64,000 bases of DNA, from contig OX597829.1 in NCBI GenBank assembly GCA_951406725.2, forward strand, positions 20,336,001 through 20,400,000, written 5' to 3'. The notes below the pieces were generated by a model. That model saw only the letters and a program-made list of their open reading frames with translations. It was not told where the DNA came from and ran no database searches. How positions within the stretch are numbered: the first letter of the stretch is position 1; the number at the start of each line of letters is the position of its first letter. Both the position numbers and the translations under genes were made by a program. Source of the DNA: Octopus vulgaris (taxonomy: Eukaryota). Below are positions 1 through 12,254 of the stretch, piece after piece.

Positions 1-2074
1 TGCTTTGTTTAATGGAAGACTAATGGGTTTTGGAAGGACCTTTCTGGCCTTGTGCGGTCGATTAGGGGTCATTCTAGACACCCCTTGAATATGTCGTGAG
101 AGAGGATGAGGGGGCAGAGAGTATGGTAGAGCTGTCATGAGAGGGTAATAGGCAGCAGGCGATAGAGATAGGCAGTAAGACCAGAGGGCAAATAGAAAGG
201 CTATAAGCAGTAAGGGACAGAGATAGAGTAAGGGATCAGAGAGCAAATAGAAAGGCTATAAGTGGTAGAAACAGAGGGAGATGAGGTAGTGGGAAGGACA
301 GAGACGAAGTGAGGTCTTGGCAGTGGGGAGTTGGTCGTCGAAGTGGACAGTCGGATTCTGGAGTCTTAGGAGCAAGCGTTGGAATGCGAGAGAACTTAGC
401 GGCACAGAAGGGAATATGTACAGAGGAATTAGCAGTATTGAGAGATGAGTGCAGAATGGGACACTGGCGATTCAATTAGGAATTGAGGTATTTAATTGTA
501 TTGATACGTGTTACGATGTAAAAGAAAAGAAAGAGAAAAGAAGAGAGAAAAAGAAGAACTCTGTCGATGTGACGTTATCTGTGATGTGTAGAAAAAGACT
601 TTACAAGAACTGTTGTCTTCGGACGTGTACCTTTGAAATACTGTATATGACTTGTTGTGTCTCCGGACTGATATATTGTTACATGTATGTTGTTAAATGC
701 TTGATCTGTGGTATACCCGTATGATGTATTGATTTGTTGTTTGCCTTAAATGCTTTGATGTTGTAACCATTGATTGTCATATAAACTAGTTGTTGAATAT
801 AAGCCAGTGTTGCCAGTTGTTGCCTTGCCTCTTTTGGTGTCTCTCTCGGGTTGTATCTCTCGGGTTGTATCTCTGTATCTCTGTGCTGCTGCGGTTGTTG
901 TTGTTGCAGTGCCTCTCTCTCCTCTCTCCGACTAGTTTCCGTAGCTTATTCGCTGCATCGAATCGGGCCTGTGTGTGAGGATTTCCGTAACAGTTTTCGG
1001 AGGCTCTCCCCACTCGTTTTGTAACAATATTTTTTTCAGCGTGGTTTAATTCATGATGGATTAAGACATTAAAAAATAAGGGAAAACAGTAATTAAACTG
1101 AATTATGAAAATTTTAAAGACTGCCATCTGATATTTGAAAAGATTTATCAGTTAATTTTTGTTGTTATATAAATGACTGAACAAATATCCTTTTACATAT
1201 GGTACACAGTATAAATATGATATAAAATTTCCTTCAATCGTGCACACATTACATTAGAAAAAGTCTTTCACAATATTGTCTCTCAGACCATACAGCTAAA
1301 ACCTTCAAAGTCATGACAAATCCTTGCTCTTGCAATTACTAATAATCTTCCTTGGTCACCTTATATACACAGCAGAGCAAATGCTGTATCCCAAGAGCTT
1401 AGATATTTGTATCTTCATTGACAGAAAATACATCAGTCTTAAACAACTAGTTATTGCCTGCAAAGCTTTTAATGAGATGTTCAATGAAATAATGAAATAC
1501 TCTCTCCTACATCTAGAACAGCACTGGTGCTTCAGAAACAAACATCACAGGCCACATGCAAAAACGAAAACACTCATTTGATTAGCAAGAAGTAACTCAC
1601 CAACACACTTTCATTTCTATCTTATAGGTGCACTGTCTCTTCACCCTACTTCTTCAGCTGCTACCCCACTGGACTATGTTCCTCACACATAGGTCATACC
1701 ATCTCTACTGAACCCCACTCATTTTTTCTCTCTAAACCTGTTCTATGTTCCCTCTCTAAAAATGCCACCCTGACCTCTGTACTTAATCCTTTCTCACCTG
1801 TAGGCAACAATCTGGTTTTCCACTCCATGACATCAACTGGTCCAAAGTCAAAGGGGCTATGAGTGTTGAGGGGCCATAACATTTTCCTGAATAAATGCAT
1901 AAAACAAACACTGTAAAAGATTTACAATAACATGCACATGTAAGTCATAACTGTTACAGTATAATTATGGAAGCTGAAAAAATAATAAAACTTATATCCA
2001 AATATTTTCCCATTTTTTTTTAGTTAGTATGTTAAAATGTTTGTAGGTATTTATGTGTTTGTGGGTATCATCAT

Positions 2075-2600
2075 AATTTAACATCTGTTGTCCATGCTGG
2101 TATGTGTTGGACAATTTGGCCAGGGCTAGGAACCTGAGGGACTGCATCAAACTCCAGTCTGATTTAGCATGATTTCTACAACTGGATGCCCTTCCGAACA
2201 CAAAACACTCCAAGAGTGTAATGGGTGCTTTTACATGCTACCTGTATGGGTGGCAGTAGTAGGATGCCAGTATCTGCAATTTTACTTAGTTTGATGGCTC
2301 TCCTCAAGCACAACATAATGCCAAAGGTCTCAGTCATTTGTCATTGCCTCCACGAGGCCCAACACTTGAAAGGTGCTTTTTACATGCTACCAGCATGGGT
2401 GCTAGTTGCATGACAGCAACAACTATGCCATAACTATGATTTCACTTGGCTTCACAACTATAATAGCTACAACTATGATTTCACTTGGCTTGACAGGTCT
2501 TCTCAAGCACAGTATATTGTCAAAGTTCTTGGTCAGTAGTCATTACCTCTGTGAGGCCCAACATTCGAAGATCATGCTTTACCACCTCATCCCATGACTT
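2075..2600 (-). mobile_element. Degenerate SINE-like repeat (family ending in GGACGTTAAAC(GAT)n)
   Basis: Diverged reverse-complement match to the better copies at 48590-48855 and 49240-49440 (ctggatgcccttcc...ggtgcttttac). Confidence 0.6.
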
Positions 2601-2845
2601 GGGTCTCCCTCTTCCACAACTTCCTCCACTGTTAGACATCATCACTTGTACACACAGCTGTCCACATATGTAGAAAGAGTGTGTATATGTGTGCCTATAT
2701 GTACAGACACACTCTTTCTCTCTTCTCTCAATTTATCTATCTATGTACAGTTAAGTAAAATTCAGGTGAAAACCTTGTAGAATGCTATGCAAAGCTTGTC
2801 CATAGTCATTGGTAGCCATATATCATAATACAGCAGATATGCACA

Positions 2846-3256
2846 GCGAGCTGGCAGAAGCGTTAGTACGCCAGGCGAAATGCTTAATGGTATTTCGTCT
2901 GCCATTACGTTCTGAGTTCAAATTCTGCCAAGGTCGACTTTGCCTTTTATCCTTTCGGGATCGATGAATTAAGTACCAGTTACGCACTGGGATCGATATA
3001 ATCGACTTGATCCATTTGTCTGTCCTTGTTTGTCCCCTCTGTGTGTAGCCTATTGTGGGCAGTAAAGAAATAGGTATTTCGTCTGCCGTTACGTTCTGAG
3101 TTCAAATTCCACCAAGGTTGACTTGCCTTTCATCCTTTCGGGGTCGATAAATTAAGTACCAGTTATGCACTGAGGTCAATCTATTGACTTAATCCCTTTG
3201 TCTGTCCTTGTTTGTCCCGTCTATGTTTAGCCCCTTGTGGGCAATAAAGAAATAAG
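2846..3256 (+). mobile_element. tRNA-derived SINE with Meta/MESC-like core, partially tandem-duplicated
   Basis: B-box-like gagttcaaattc and core gccttt(t/c)atcctttcggg(a/g)tcgat(g/a)aattaagtaccag. The unit is repeated at ~2889-3072 and ~3073-3256. Confidence 0.7.
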
Positions 3257-5258
3257 ATATGCACATGCTACAGGATATATTTCAGGAACTCCATAGTGTT
3301 CATAAATGGCAAGAAGATATAGCAAGTCACTTGAGAAGGTGCATTCTACACCTGTGCTGCAAGACAATTGACTCTACAACACCTCACCTATGAGCTACGG
3401 GTGTGTAGCAATATCGTTTCCCTCATTGCTATCTTCACTGTTTGAGAAGAGTATTAAGAATAATCTTGTTCGAGATTACAAACATCTTCGGCTAGTTTAA
3501 CATTGTTGTTAACACTAATCCGATTGGCTGACACGTGATCTCTACTACGTTCGCACCGCTGGTTGTCACGTGACGCGATTTGCCTCCGCTTATTTTCGCG
3601 CCATTTGTTCCAAGCAGCCAATCACAGCTTTCCATTTCTGAAGTTCATTTTGAGCCACATAAACCTTATATAAAGAAGTGTTCTCAGACAAATTTCCGTC
3701 TTTGACCACAAAGCTCGTCTTAGGTTACAGTCCTTTTCAGGGCAGACCTCTGACCACACAGAGCATACCAACTATGTTCCGGTTCGAAAGGCAGGCGATC
3801 ACCAAGCATAACTATCCACGAAGATTTAGCTTGTATACAAGATGTTACAGATTCCTCTCATACTGTTAGTGTGAAAATATCACCACGAAAAGAACGGTTA
3901 CAGGATATCTATAACTAGAGAAAAATAACCAAGCAGAATATATAATGAAGACGCAGCAAAAACCAAGCGACAGACACAACTCATCGCCAAACATCGACTC
4001 TATCTACTAAGGTTTAATTTGTACACAAGACAACTACAGATTCAACTCTAGCGGTTAGGTGAAAATCTCACCACGGGAAAAACGGCTACAGTTAATATAT
4101 CTGGAAGTATATTCATATCAGGAGAAAGATAAAACAACAACAAGTGATTCAATTAATCTCAACTACGAGACGCAACATCTTGATATGGAACTCTTACACT
4201 CCGTGTACCTCATAAACGGTAAATCAATTATCTGTCTTGAGTTCTAATTCTTCTAAGAACTACCTTAAGCCATCTGCTACTATCTGTTGCTATGTCAATC
4301 ACATTCACCTGATTTGCTCTGTCACACTCATGAACACACAGACACAAAAACATGCTAACACTTACAAACTTCCAACCAACATGATTGTAAAATATGTAAA
4401 ATAAATAATGTATATATCTCAAAAAGAAATCTTGTTGTCATTCCACTTGTGTTCTATTGCCGCTGTATGTATTATATGGTCTGTAATATTTCATTAAGAA
4501 TATGACCATGTGCGACCGTGTCTCTTACACGATACGACCGCATGTGATCCTATTTTTTATAGGTGCAAGAATGAGTCGAAACAAGTGTAGTGGTTTTGAA
4601 TAAAGAACCTTATGAATTCCATTTTCTGTCTCTGACCTATTTACACATACACATACACACATAGATACATACATACACAAACTCACACACATATTATGTA
4701 GTAATGATTCAAGAAGTAGAAAAGCATTTGATCATCTAAGAGAGTAAAGATAATCTTAAAGTAAAAGACCACAAATCTTGTAAAAACTGCTGCCCAGAGT
4801 TTCCTGGTTGAAATGATAATTTCCCCCACCATTTATCAAGCTGAAAACAAGTTGGTTTGTCAGTTAGTTGTCTTTAGAGCTGATAACGTCTAAACAAGAG
4901 ATGGTGATAAAGACGACAAGAAGAAAAAACATAAGAGAGATAACCACATAAAAGTAGATAACCAGCATTATAATAACTGCAACACTCAAAAAAAGTACAA
5001 GAGATCTGTGGCCATTTTTATATGCAAATTGACATGGGAAATCCATTTCTGGCCTTCTTTTTGTTGAATTAGGCATGGTTTCTACAGAATTGTCACTGTA
5101 TACCCTTTTTATCATTATTATTAAATAAAATTCTCAACTGCATTGTAAAATGGGTTTCAACCCAGGGCTAGAGACCAATCTTAGTAACACCTACAATGTG
5201 ATTCAAAGCTTGTGTTGAATGTTATTTTTTATTTTTCAGATCTTATTTGTTTTCAACA

Positions 5259-5955
5259 ATGAGTGGAAGACAGTGCAAAAATGATCCAAACAGATTCTGT
5301 TATATCTTTAGGGAATTGACTTTTGCCATATCAAGAAAATGTACAAGGCATACTTCGATTGTTACTTAGGAGACCAGGATAAGTCATGGGCGCCTCATGT
5401 GTGTTGCCTTACATGTGTGAAGACGTTGAGTGCATGGTATCATGATATGGGATGTAACATGTCTCTAAAAGTTCATGTGCTTCACTCTCATTTGGATTTT
5501 TTTGTGGAAAATCTTGGTAATGTGAGTGATGAACATGGCGAAAGATTCCATCTGGATATTTCAGTGATGGAGCGATGATTCAAAGGAAAATGGAACCCTG
5601 GTATGTTGGCAGATTACTGCTGGGGTATAAAAAAACAGATCACACTCCGCACAAGAGGCTTAGAAGGACAAAAGTTGTTTAAACTGACAGGTGTGTTTTT
5701 AATTCATAACCAATATATGTTTTGTTATACCAACTAAATTTTTGTTGTGTTTTTTGTAACTTTCAGTATTTGCAATGTTGTGTTCAGTATGCAATATTAT
5801 GCAGTATATTATAAAACATATGGTTCATGGTACAGGAAAACGGTGCCTAATCTGGAGAAATAAAGGTCAGAATCAGAATCAGGACAATCTTTTGACCCAG
5901 AAACAAGTCTTACTTCACTTGTACTTTTTTTGAACCTGAAATTTGTTGCACAGTG
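5259..5955 (+). mobile_element. Internally deleted Chapaev-like (CMC) DNA transposon remnant
   Basis: MSGRQCKNDPNRFCYI and GDQDKSWAPHVCC are fused directly to C-terminal MSLKVHVLHSHLDFF..SDEHGERFH..MLADYCW. Ends in ...TTTGTTGCACAGTG, a CAC/GTG-type terminus. The 5' TIR was not found. Confidence 0.65.
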
Positions 5956-5998
5956 TAAGTAGATGTCAAGTAGCTGTAAATCTGATGGTAATGGTTTA

Positions 5999-6700
5999 TA
6001 ATAATAATAATAATGAAATTATTGTATTCAGTGCTCACGTGCACCACGACTTGTCAAAAGTACATATAAAGCATATGAAGTAATGTACAAATGTCTGGAA
6101 AGTGAACAGTATATGAGTCAGATACATGCTTGCATGTCTATGGAAGAGAGAAAATCAGGTGTAGTGTTGGCGAATCTCAGGAAGCATGGAAGTTTTGAAG
6201 GATGCAGTGCTCCGACAACTTACAACTGATGCTGGCAGTTTGTTCCATGCTTCAGCAACTCTTAGCGTGAAAAATTTTTTTCGAAAGTCATGACAGCTGT
6301 GCTGTTTTCTGACTTTGTAAACATGTCCACAGGTGTTAGACAGATGGAGTTTGAAAAGGTGCTCAGAGTTATTGTTAGTAAGATGGTTAATAATTTTATG
6401 GGTGTCTGCCAAGTCAGCTGCTAGACGTCGGAGTTTCAATGTATCCATGCCCAGGGAAGTAAGGCGTTCAGAATATGGCAAATGCCTTATGGATGGTATT
6501 CTCTTGGTTGCACGTTGCTGAACGGCTTCCAGACGATTATTATCCTGGGCAAGATAGGGGTTCCGGACTGGTGATGGAAATTCCAGGTGAGGTTGTACCA
6601 TAGCTATATAAAGCCACAGATAGATAGCCGGAGAGCAGCTCACAAAGGACTTGGTGAGTGATGCCAAGACACCCTCAGCCTTCTTGGCAATTTTAGCAAT
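5999..6700 (-). mobile_element. CR1-type LINE 3' fragment
   Basis: ORF 6155-6778 reads VQPHLEF..RLEAVQQRATKRI..YSERL..RRLAADL..FFTLRVAEAWNKLP, followed by a 3' UTR and (ATT)n tail. Confidence 0.85.
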
Positions 6701-7039
6701 GTGCTTTGTAAGTTTACTAAGTGTCTGGTGGTCGGCTTTTAAATTTCTTGAAATGCAGCCGTACAGAAAAAAATTCACCCATCAAATTTATGTATTCATT
6801 GGAGGTTCAGCACTGATTTGGCCATTTAAGCAAGAGTTTGTAGATGACTAATGGGTTGGATGTGGTGCTGACGAAGGAACAAAAACTCTTGAAATATGTC
6901 ATAAGCCCATAACCCATTTTTTAAATCTCTGGTTTCATTGTTGTTTATGTCAAGAGCCTCAGATATGAAACATAACACAATCAGTGCTAGATATAATTTC
7001 TACTGAAAATCTGTTGAGATAATCTTAATGAGTGGTATA

Positions 7040-7268
7040 TATATATATGTGTGTGTGTGTGTGTCTGTGTTTGCCCCCCCCACCCAGCATCGCTTGACAA
7101 CCAATGCTGGTTTGTTTAAGTCCCTGTAACTTAGCAATTCGACAAAAGAGACCGATAGAATAAGTACTAGGCTTACAAAGAATAAGTCCTGGGGTCGATT
7201 TGCTTGACTAAAGACAGTGCTCCAGCATGGCCACAATCAAATGACTGAAACAAGTAATAGAGTAAAGA
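7040..7268 (+). mobile_element. 3' half of the abundant tRNA-derived SINE (tail GCATGGCC..CTGAAACAAGTAA)
   Basis: Near-identical to 11390-11583 and to the reverse complement of 58425-58630. Confidence 0.8.
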
Positions 7269-7294
7269 TATATATATATATATATATATCATTA

Positions 7295-7570
7295 TTATCA
7301 TTTAACATCCATCTTCCATGCATGAGTAGGATGGTTGACAGGAGCTGGCCAAGTAGAAGACTACCCCAGGCTACTGTGTCTGTTTTGGCAGCATTTTTAG
7401 GGCTTGATGCCCTTCCTAACACCAACCACTCTTCAGAGTAGAGTGAGTGCTTTTCACATGGCACAAGCACAGGCAAGGTCAATTTTGGTATGATTTTTGC
7501 AGCTGGATGCTCTTCCAAATGCCAGCCACTTTACAGTGTGAACTGAATGCTTATTACATGGCACCAGCAC
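7295..7570 (-). mobile_element. Degenerate SINE-like repeat ((GAT)n-tailed family)
   Basis: Starts tcatttaacatcc and contains gatgcccttcctaacaccaaccact, as in 58976-59300. Confidence 0.6.
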
Positions 7571-8279
7571 TGGCAGAGTCACCAAGTAACTTGCAAAACA
7601 AGGAATTTTGAGATGGGTGGGAGCATTTGAGGAGGGAAACTTGTGTCAGAGGATGAAAGGTTAGTGTGACAGAGAGACAGCGAGGCAGAAACAGATATCA
7701 ACATTATCATTGTTTAACGTCTGCCTTCAATGCTAACATGCATGGGTACACAGACAGAGTGAAAATTACACTGAAATTACATGACCGAACAGTCCCATTC
7801 ACCGGTACTGACAAAATTTCATCTGTCAGTATTATTTGTGCTTTTTTTAGCACTCAACATGTATACATGATGTTTTCTCTGAATGATTATTGCCACCTAT
7901 GGCATTGAGAAGTTAAATTAGATGCAAAAATTAATATTTGATACAAAGGCTGCTTCCATCACTAATAGCTAATTGATACATGGCCCACTGATTTTTTTTG
8001 TGACATCACTGACTGTTTAGTCAGTGTTAAAGTGCATCTGATCAACAAGTTTCAATCTTGCATTTAGTGGTAGGGTCTCTGTTGCTGATGAGGCACAAAT
8101 TTTACTGAAATCATGCAATGCAACAGTCCCATCTGCCAGTGCTGATGAAATTTCATTTACTGATGTAAACTCTGCTTTTTTAGCACTCAGCATCTATACA
8201 AGATGATTTCCCCGAATGATTACCACAGCTTTTAGCATTTAAAACAACAAATCCAAGTTAAGTTGTAAGTGCAAAACAA

Positions 8280-8690
8280 TCATCATCATTTAATGTCTGT
8301 TGTCCATGCTGGCATGGGTTGATGGTTTGACCAGGGCTGGTAAGCTGGAAGGCTGCACCAGATTCCAGTCTGCTTTGGCATGGCTTTCTATGCCTGGATA
8401 CCCTTCTTAATGCCAACCACTTTGAGAGTGTAATGGGTGCTTTTACCTTCCACTGGCACAGGTGCTATTTGTATGACATTGGTATCTGCCACAACTGTGA
8501 TTTTGCTCAGTTTGATAGGTCTTCTCCTCAAGCATCAAAAGGTACTCAGCCACTTTGCCTCCATCAGGCCCAATGCTCGAATGGTGCTTTTTATGTGCCA
8601 GTTACGTGACACCAACAACAGCCATGACTACAGTTTCACAATTACATGACACCAGCATCAATCATGACTATGATTTCACCTGGCTTTGAA
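8280..8690 (-). mobile_element. Degenerate SINE-like repeat ((GAT)n-tailed family)
   Basis: catcatcatttaatgtctg..ccatgctggcatggg.. same family as 2075-2600. Confidence 0.6.
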
Positions 8691-8699
8691 TCCCTCATT

Positions 8700-10020
8700 T
8701 AGAATACATGCCATCTTGTCTGCAGGGCAGACAAGATTCCCTCCAAATGGCCATCGAGAGATATGTTCCCTGTCAGTAGTGTGTTACATCCACTGCTAAT
8801 TGTCTCCAGTTGTGCTCTACCAAAATGTTTCCCTGCTTATGCTCACCCAAAACAGGGTTGATGGACTGACACCTGTTGCAGTTCTCAACCATCTTCTGGA
8901 TGCTCCGTCTGGTAATGTCGGCGTCGATCATCCTGGCGAGATACAGGGTTTGACCCATGCCCATATTATGCATGGCATGCAGTTTCCTTAGCTCAGAGTT
9001 ATTTAACTGACACACTACGGCTACCCCTTGCTTCAATTCTTCCAGCTCCCCAGGCCTTTTTTACCCTGGTTAGAACGTTTACCTTGTTTCTCTGTGACTA
9101 CATTCAGCTTCAGGTTGAACTTGCCAATCAGCTCTCCTAGAATCTCTAGGCGGTGCTTCACTAGCATTTGTGCAGCTCTTTTGGTTTGCACTCTCTTCTT
9201 GTCGGTGATCACTGATCCTACCCAGCCAAGCATGGTAACTGAATCTGTCTTGATTTCAATGGGGTGCAGCCCTAATTTCAGGGCCACGTTCACTCCCTTC
9301 AGCATCGTGCCCAACTCAGCAATGTTGATGTGGTTGTAGTCGTCTGCTTTGCGAAGCCAGGCGGCATCCTCCACTTTGGTACCTCCAATTTCCAACATGA
9401 TGCCTATCGCAATGCTGTTAGTATCACACCATACCACCCTGCTATCCAATTTGGGCACATGCCAGTTCCCTCTAACTGGGTCTTCCACTCTCGTCCTCTC
9501 CAGGATTTCTCGCATCATTGACACTGTCCCCTCCCCCACCATGTCACTCCAGTTCTCTCCTTCTGCTCATCTCTTGGTGTAACTGCATGCTGTATGCAGC
9601 CACCTCACGATCAGGTAGTGACCTACTAACTTCCTGTACATTGAGAACAGTTCTCTCCTGCTGACGTTGGTACCCAGCTCCAGGATCTCATTCCCTCTAC
9701 AAAATACCAACTTGCCTGTTCTGTCTCTCTGAAGCTTAAGCCCCAGTGCAGCTCCTCCAGCCATTGGCTCTGGTGGTTTCACAATCACCCCAATTTTTTT
9801 TCAATGTCTCACAACCACTGTGGCAGGCACTAAGGTCTTGTCCACCAGGATGTTCACATCTATGTAGGTGGCCTTTCTTATCCTATCCACCTTTCCCAGG
9901 ATGGATTTGAACACTGTGGCGACAGTGCAGAATTCAGCCCAAAACCCAGTCTTGTTAGACAATATGTCCGGCCATTGTATTGCACCAGTTGGTACTGCCA
10001 GTTTGTCATTCACATGGAGC
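8700..10020 (-). mobile_element. Gypsy/Ty3-like LTR retrotransposon pol pseudogene (RT-RNaseH-integrase fragments)
   Basis: Broken ORFs in RT-RH-IN order: KSAYLQL (RT), VVWCDTNSIAIG and HINIAEL (RNase H), H-x2-H..C-x2-C and WRQLAVDVTHY (integrase). Confidence 0.75.
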
Positions 10021-10024
10021 TGCA

Positions 10025-10180
10025 AATATGCTGACTTCAAGTTGCAGGAGTGGCTGTGTGGTAAGTAGCTTGCTTACCAACCACATGGTTCCGGGTTCAG
10101 TCCCACTGCGTGGCACCTTGGGCAAGTGTCTTCTACTATAGCCTTGGGCCGACCAAAGCCTGTGAGTGGATTTGGTAGAC
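10025..10180 (+). mobile_element. 5' head of tRNA-derived SINE, interrupted by a Penelope-like insertion
   Basis: ggagtggctgtgtggtaag (A box) and gggttcagtccc (B box). The 3' half resumes at ~11390. Confidence 0.8.
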
Positions 10181-11332
10181 GCACCATTCTTTGAGCTTTC
10201 CGTCATCTCCAGTCCAACCCGTCCACTTCACATCTTTTCCCTAACCGACCCCTCCCCTCTTTCAAACGAGCCCATAACCTACGAGACCTTTTGGTCCATA
10301 GCTCCTTCCCTGACCCTACCTCCCAACCTGGCTCGTTCCCCTGCTCCCGCCCACGTTGCCGCACTTGCCCTTACCTCTCCAACACCACCCTCCTCACTGG
10401 CACCCATCATCGACCCTATCGCATCATCAACTCCTTCACCTGCACCTCCAGCAATATTATCTATTGCGTCTCTTGCTCTCTCTGCCATTCCCTGTACATC
10501 GGACAAACGGGACGCCGCTTGGCTGACTGGTTCACGGAACACCTCCGTGACATCCGCCTTGCCAATGACACACCGGTCTCACGCCATTTTCGCTCCACCA
10601 GTCACTCCTTGCAACACCTGTCTGTGTTCGGTTTGTCCTTGCACACATGCCATCCGGATTCCCGTTTGCGCCGTGAACAGGAATTAATCTTCTCTCTTCG
10701 CTCTTTTACGCCATTTGGTCTCAACTCTCCCCCCCTCCTCATCTAACCCCCCTCCCCCTACTTCTCTTCAGTCCTTCATCCTTTCACCCCTACTCCTCTT
10801 CCCTTCTTCCCTCTTTCTCTCTGCTCCCTCACTCCCCTTCTCTCTCTCTCTTCTCCCCTTCCCCCTCCTCTTCTCCCCTTTCCTTCTTCCCCCTCCCCCT
10901 CATCTCTCTCCCCCCTCTTCCCTCATCTCCTCTCTCTACACTACACCATATGACTTTACACATCACATCATATATACATACACACGTCCAGATCTCTCAT
11001 ACGCACTAATACTCTCTCATACACTCACACACTCTTATGTTGGGGCGAGGTCATTTAACCCTATTATCTCCCCTAATTTCGCTCTTGCGTCTCACGTTTG
11101 ATCTTTGACTTCTGGCCGAAATCAGATCGCCATGTTGATTCGCTAGCCTCTGCACGCATTTTTTTCTCTCCTTCTTTCTGTGTTTCTTCTCTGTGTATCT
11201 TTCTGTTGAAGAGCGTAGGCTCGAAACGTTAAAGACTTGTTTTATTTATATTTCCTGAGCGCCATACTAATACAATTGTTTGTTTGTATTCCACCTGCCT
11301 TCGTCTTTTGTTTATTTTCATAAAGCTTCCCG
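10181..11332 (+). mobile_element. 5'-truncated Penelope-like element (Neptune-type) with GIY-YIG endonuclease and pLTR
   Basis: ORF 10291-10746: PCSRPRCRTC linker, SNIIYCVSCSLCHSLYIGQTGRRL..EH..PVSRHF..REQELI..PFGLN. Downstream hammerhead-like motif at ~11198-11236. Confidence 0.85.
11198..11236 (+). ncRNA. Minimal hammerhead-ribozyme-like motif (PLE type; CUGUUGA core variant)
   Basis: tcttt-CTGTTGA-A-GAGC gtag GCTC-GAAAC-GTTA-aaga. Confidence 0.5.
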
Positions 11333-11389
<57 letters not shown>

Positions 11390-11583
11390 TGTGTGTGTGT
11401 CTGTGTTTGTCCCCCAACCGATGCTGGTGTGTTTACGTCCCCGTAACTTAGTGGTTCGGCAAAGAGACCAATAGAATAAGTACCAGGCTTACAAAGAGTA
11501 AGTCGTGGGGTCGATTTGCTCGACTAAAGGTGGTGCTCCAGCATGGCCGCAGTCAAATGGCTGAAACAAGTAAAAGAGAGAGT
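11390..11583 (+). mobile_element. 3' half of tRNA-derived SINE
   Basis: ..ggtggtgctccagcatggccgcagtcaaatggctgaaacaagtaaaagag tail. Confidence 0.8.
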
Positions 11584-11584
11584 A

Positions 11585-11850
11585 AGTCGACGATTGTGTG
11601 GAGAGTCTTGAACATGATCCAGAGTCTGGATGTCCTGCAACTGTTACCACCAAGGAAAACATTGTCGTGTTCACCAAATGATGATGGATGACAGGCGATT
11701 GACAATAAACTAAACAGTAAATGCTATTAATATATCCCATGAGAAAGTTGAGAATATTCTGCGCAATGAACTTGGCATGACGAAGGTTTCTGCTCAGTGG
11801 CTGCCTGATCTGATACCTGATCAAAAGCATAACAGGCTGATCACATCATG
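11585..11850 (+). mobile_element. Mariner-like transposase N-terminal (HTH) fragment
   Basis: Broken frames read SGCPATVTTKENI..DDRRLT..INISHEKVENILRNELGMTKVSAQWLP (mariner WVP motif). A second copy lies at 46004-46450 (-). Confidence 0.7.
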
Positions 11851-11994
11851 GGGGGAAAAAAAAAACACGAAACAAAACTCTGTAGCAGAGAAAATCAGAC
11901 TTTCCAGGTGATCCGATAAAAATCCACAAAGCAAAACTCCATTGTTGGGAAATTCAGACTTTCCAGATGACCCAACGGGTCACGGGCAGTCTAG

Positions 11995-12254
11995 TAAATC
12001 CTAAAAGTTCGATTCTTTTACAAAATTTTTCTTTTAAACCAGACGTTAAAATATGGACAGTCCGAATTTTTTGATTAAATTCCAGCTATGGACCCATACA
12101 TACGTACGACATACGTACATACATACATACGTAGTACGTACATGCGTTGTACGTATGTATGGGTCGATAGCTGGGATTTAAGCAAAAAATTCGGACTGTC
12201 CATATTTTAACTTCTGATTTAAAAGAAAAAATTCGAAAGAACCTTTAGGATCTA
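11995..12254. repeat. Fold-back inverted repeat (MITE-like), ~120-bp arms
   Basis: ttaaaatatggacagtccgaatttttt..catacatacgtac pairs with gtacgtatgtatg..aaaaaattcggactgtccatattttaa. Confidence 0.75.

Noticed and set aside
1-1130. Purine-rich and short-repeat segment with small ORFs, possibly a retroelement 5' region
   Set aside because: No diagnostic motif could be read on either strand.
10025-10110. tRNA genes at SINE heads
   Set aside because: A/B boxes are present, but they are embedded in repeated SINE bodies and no convincing cloverleaf was seen.
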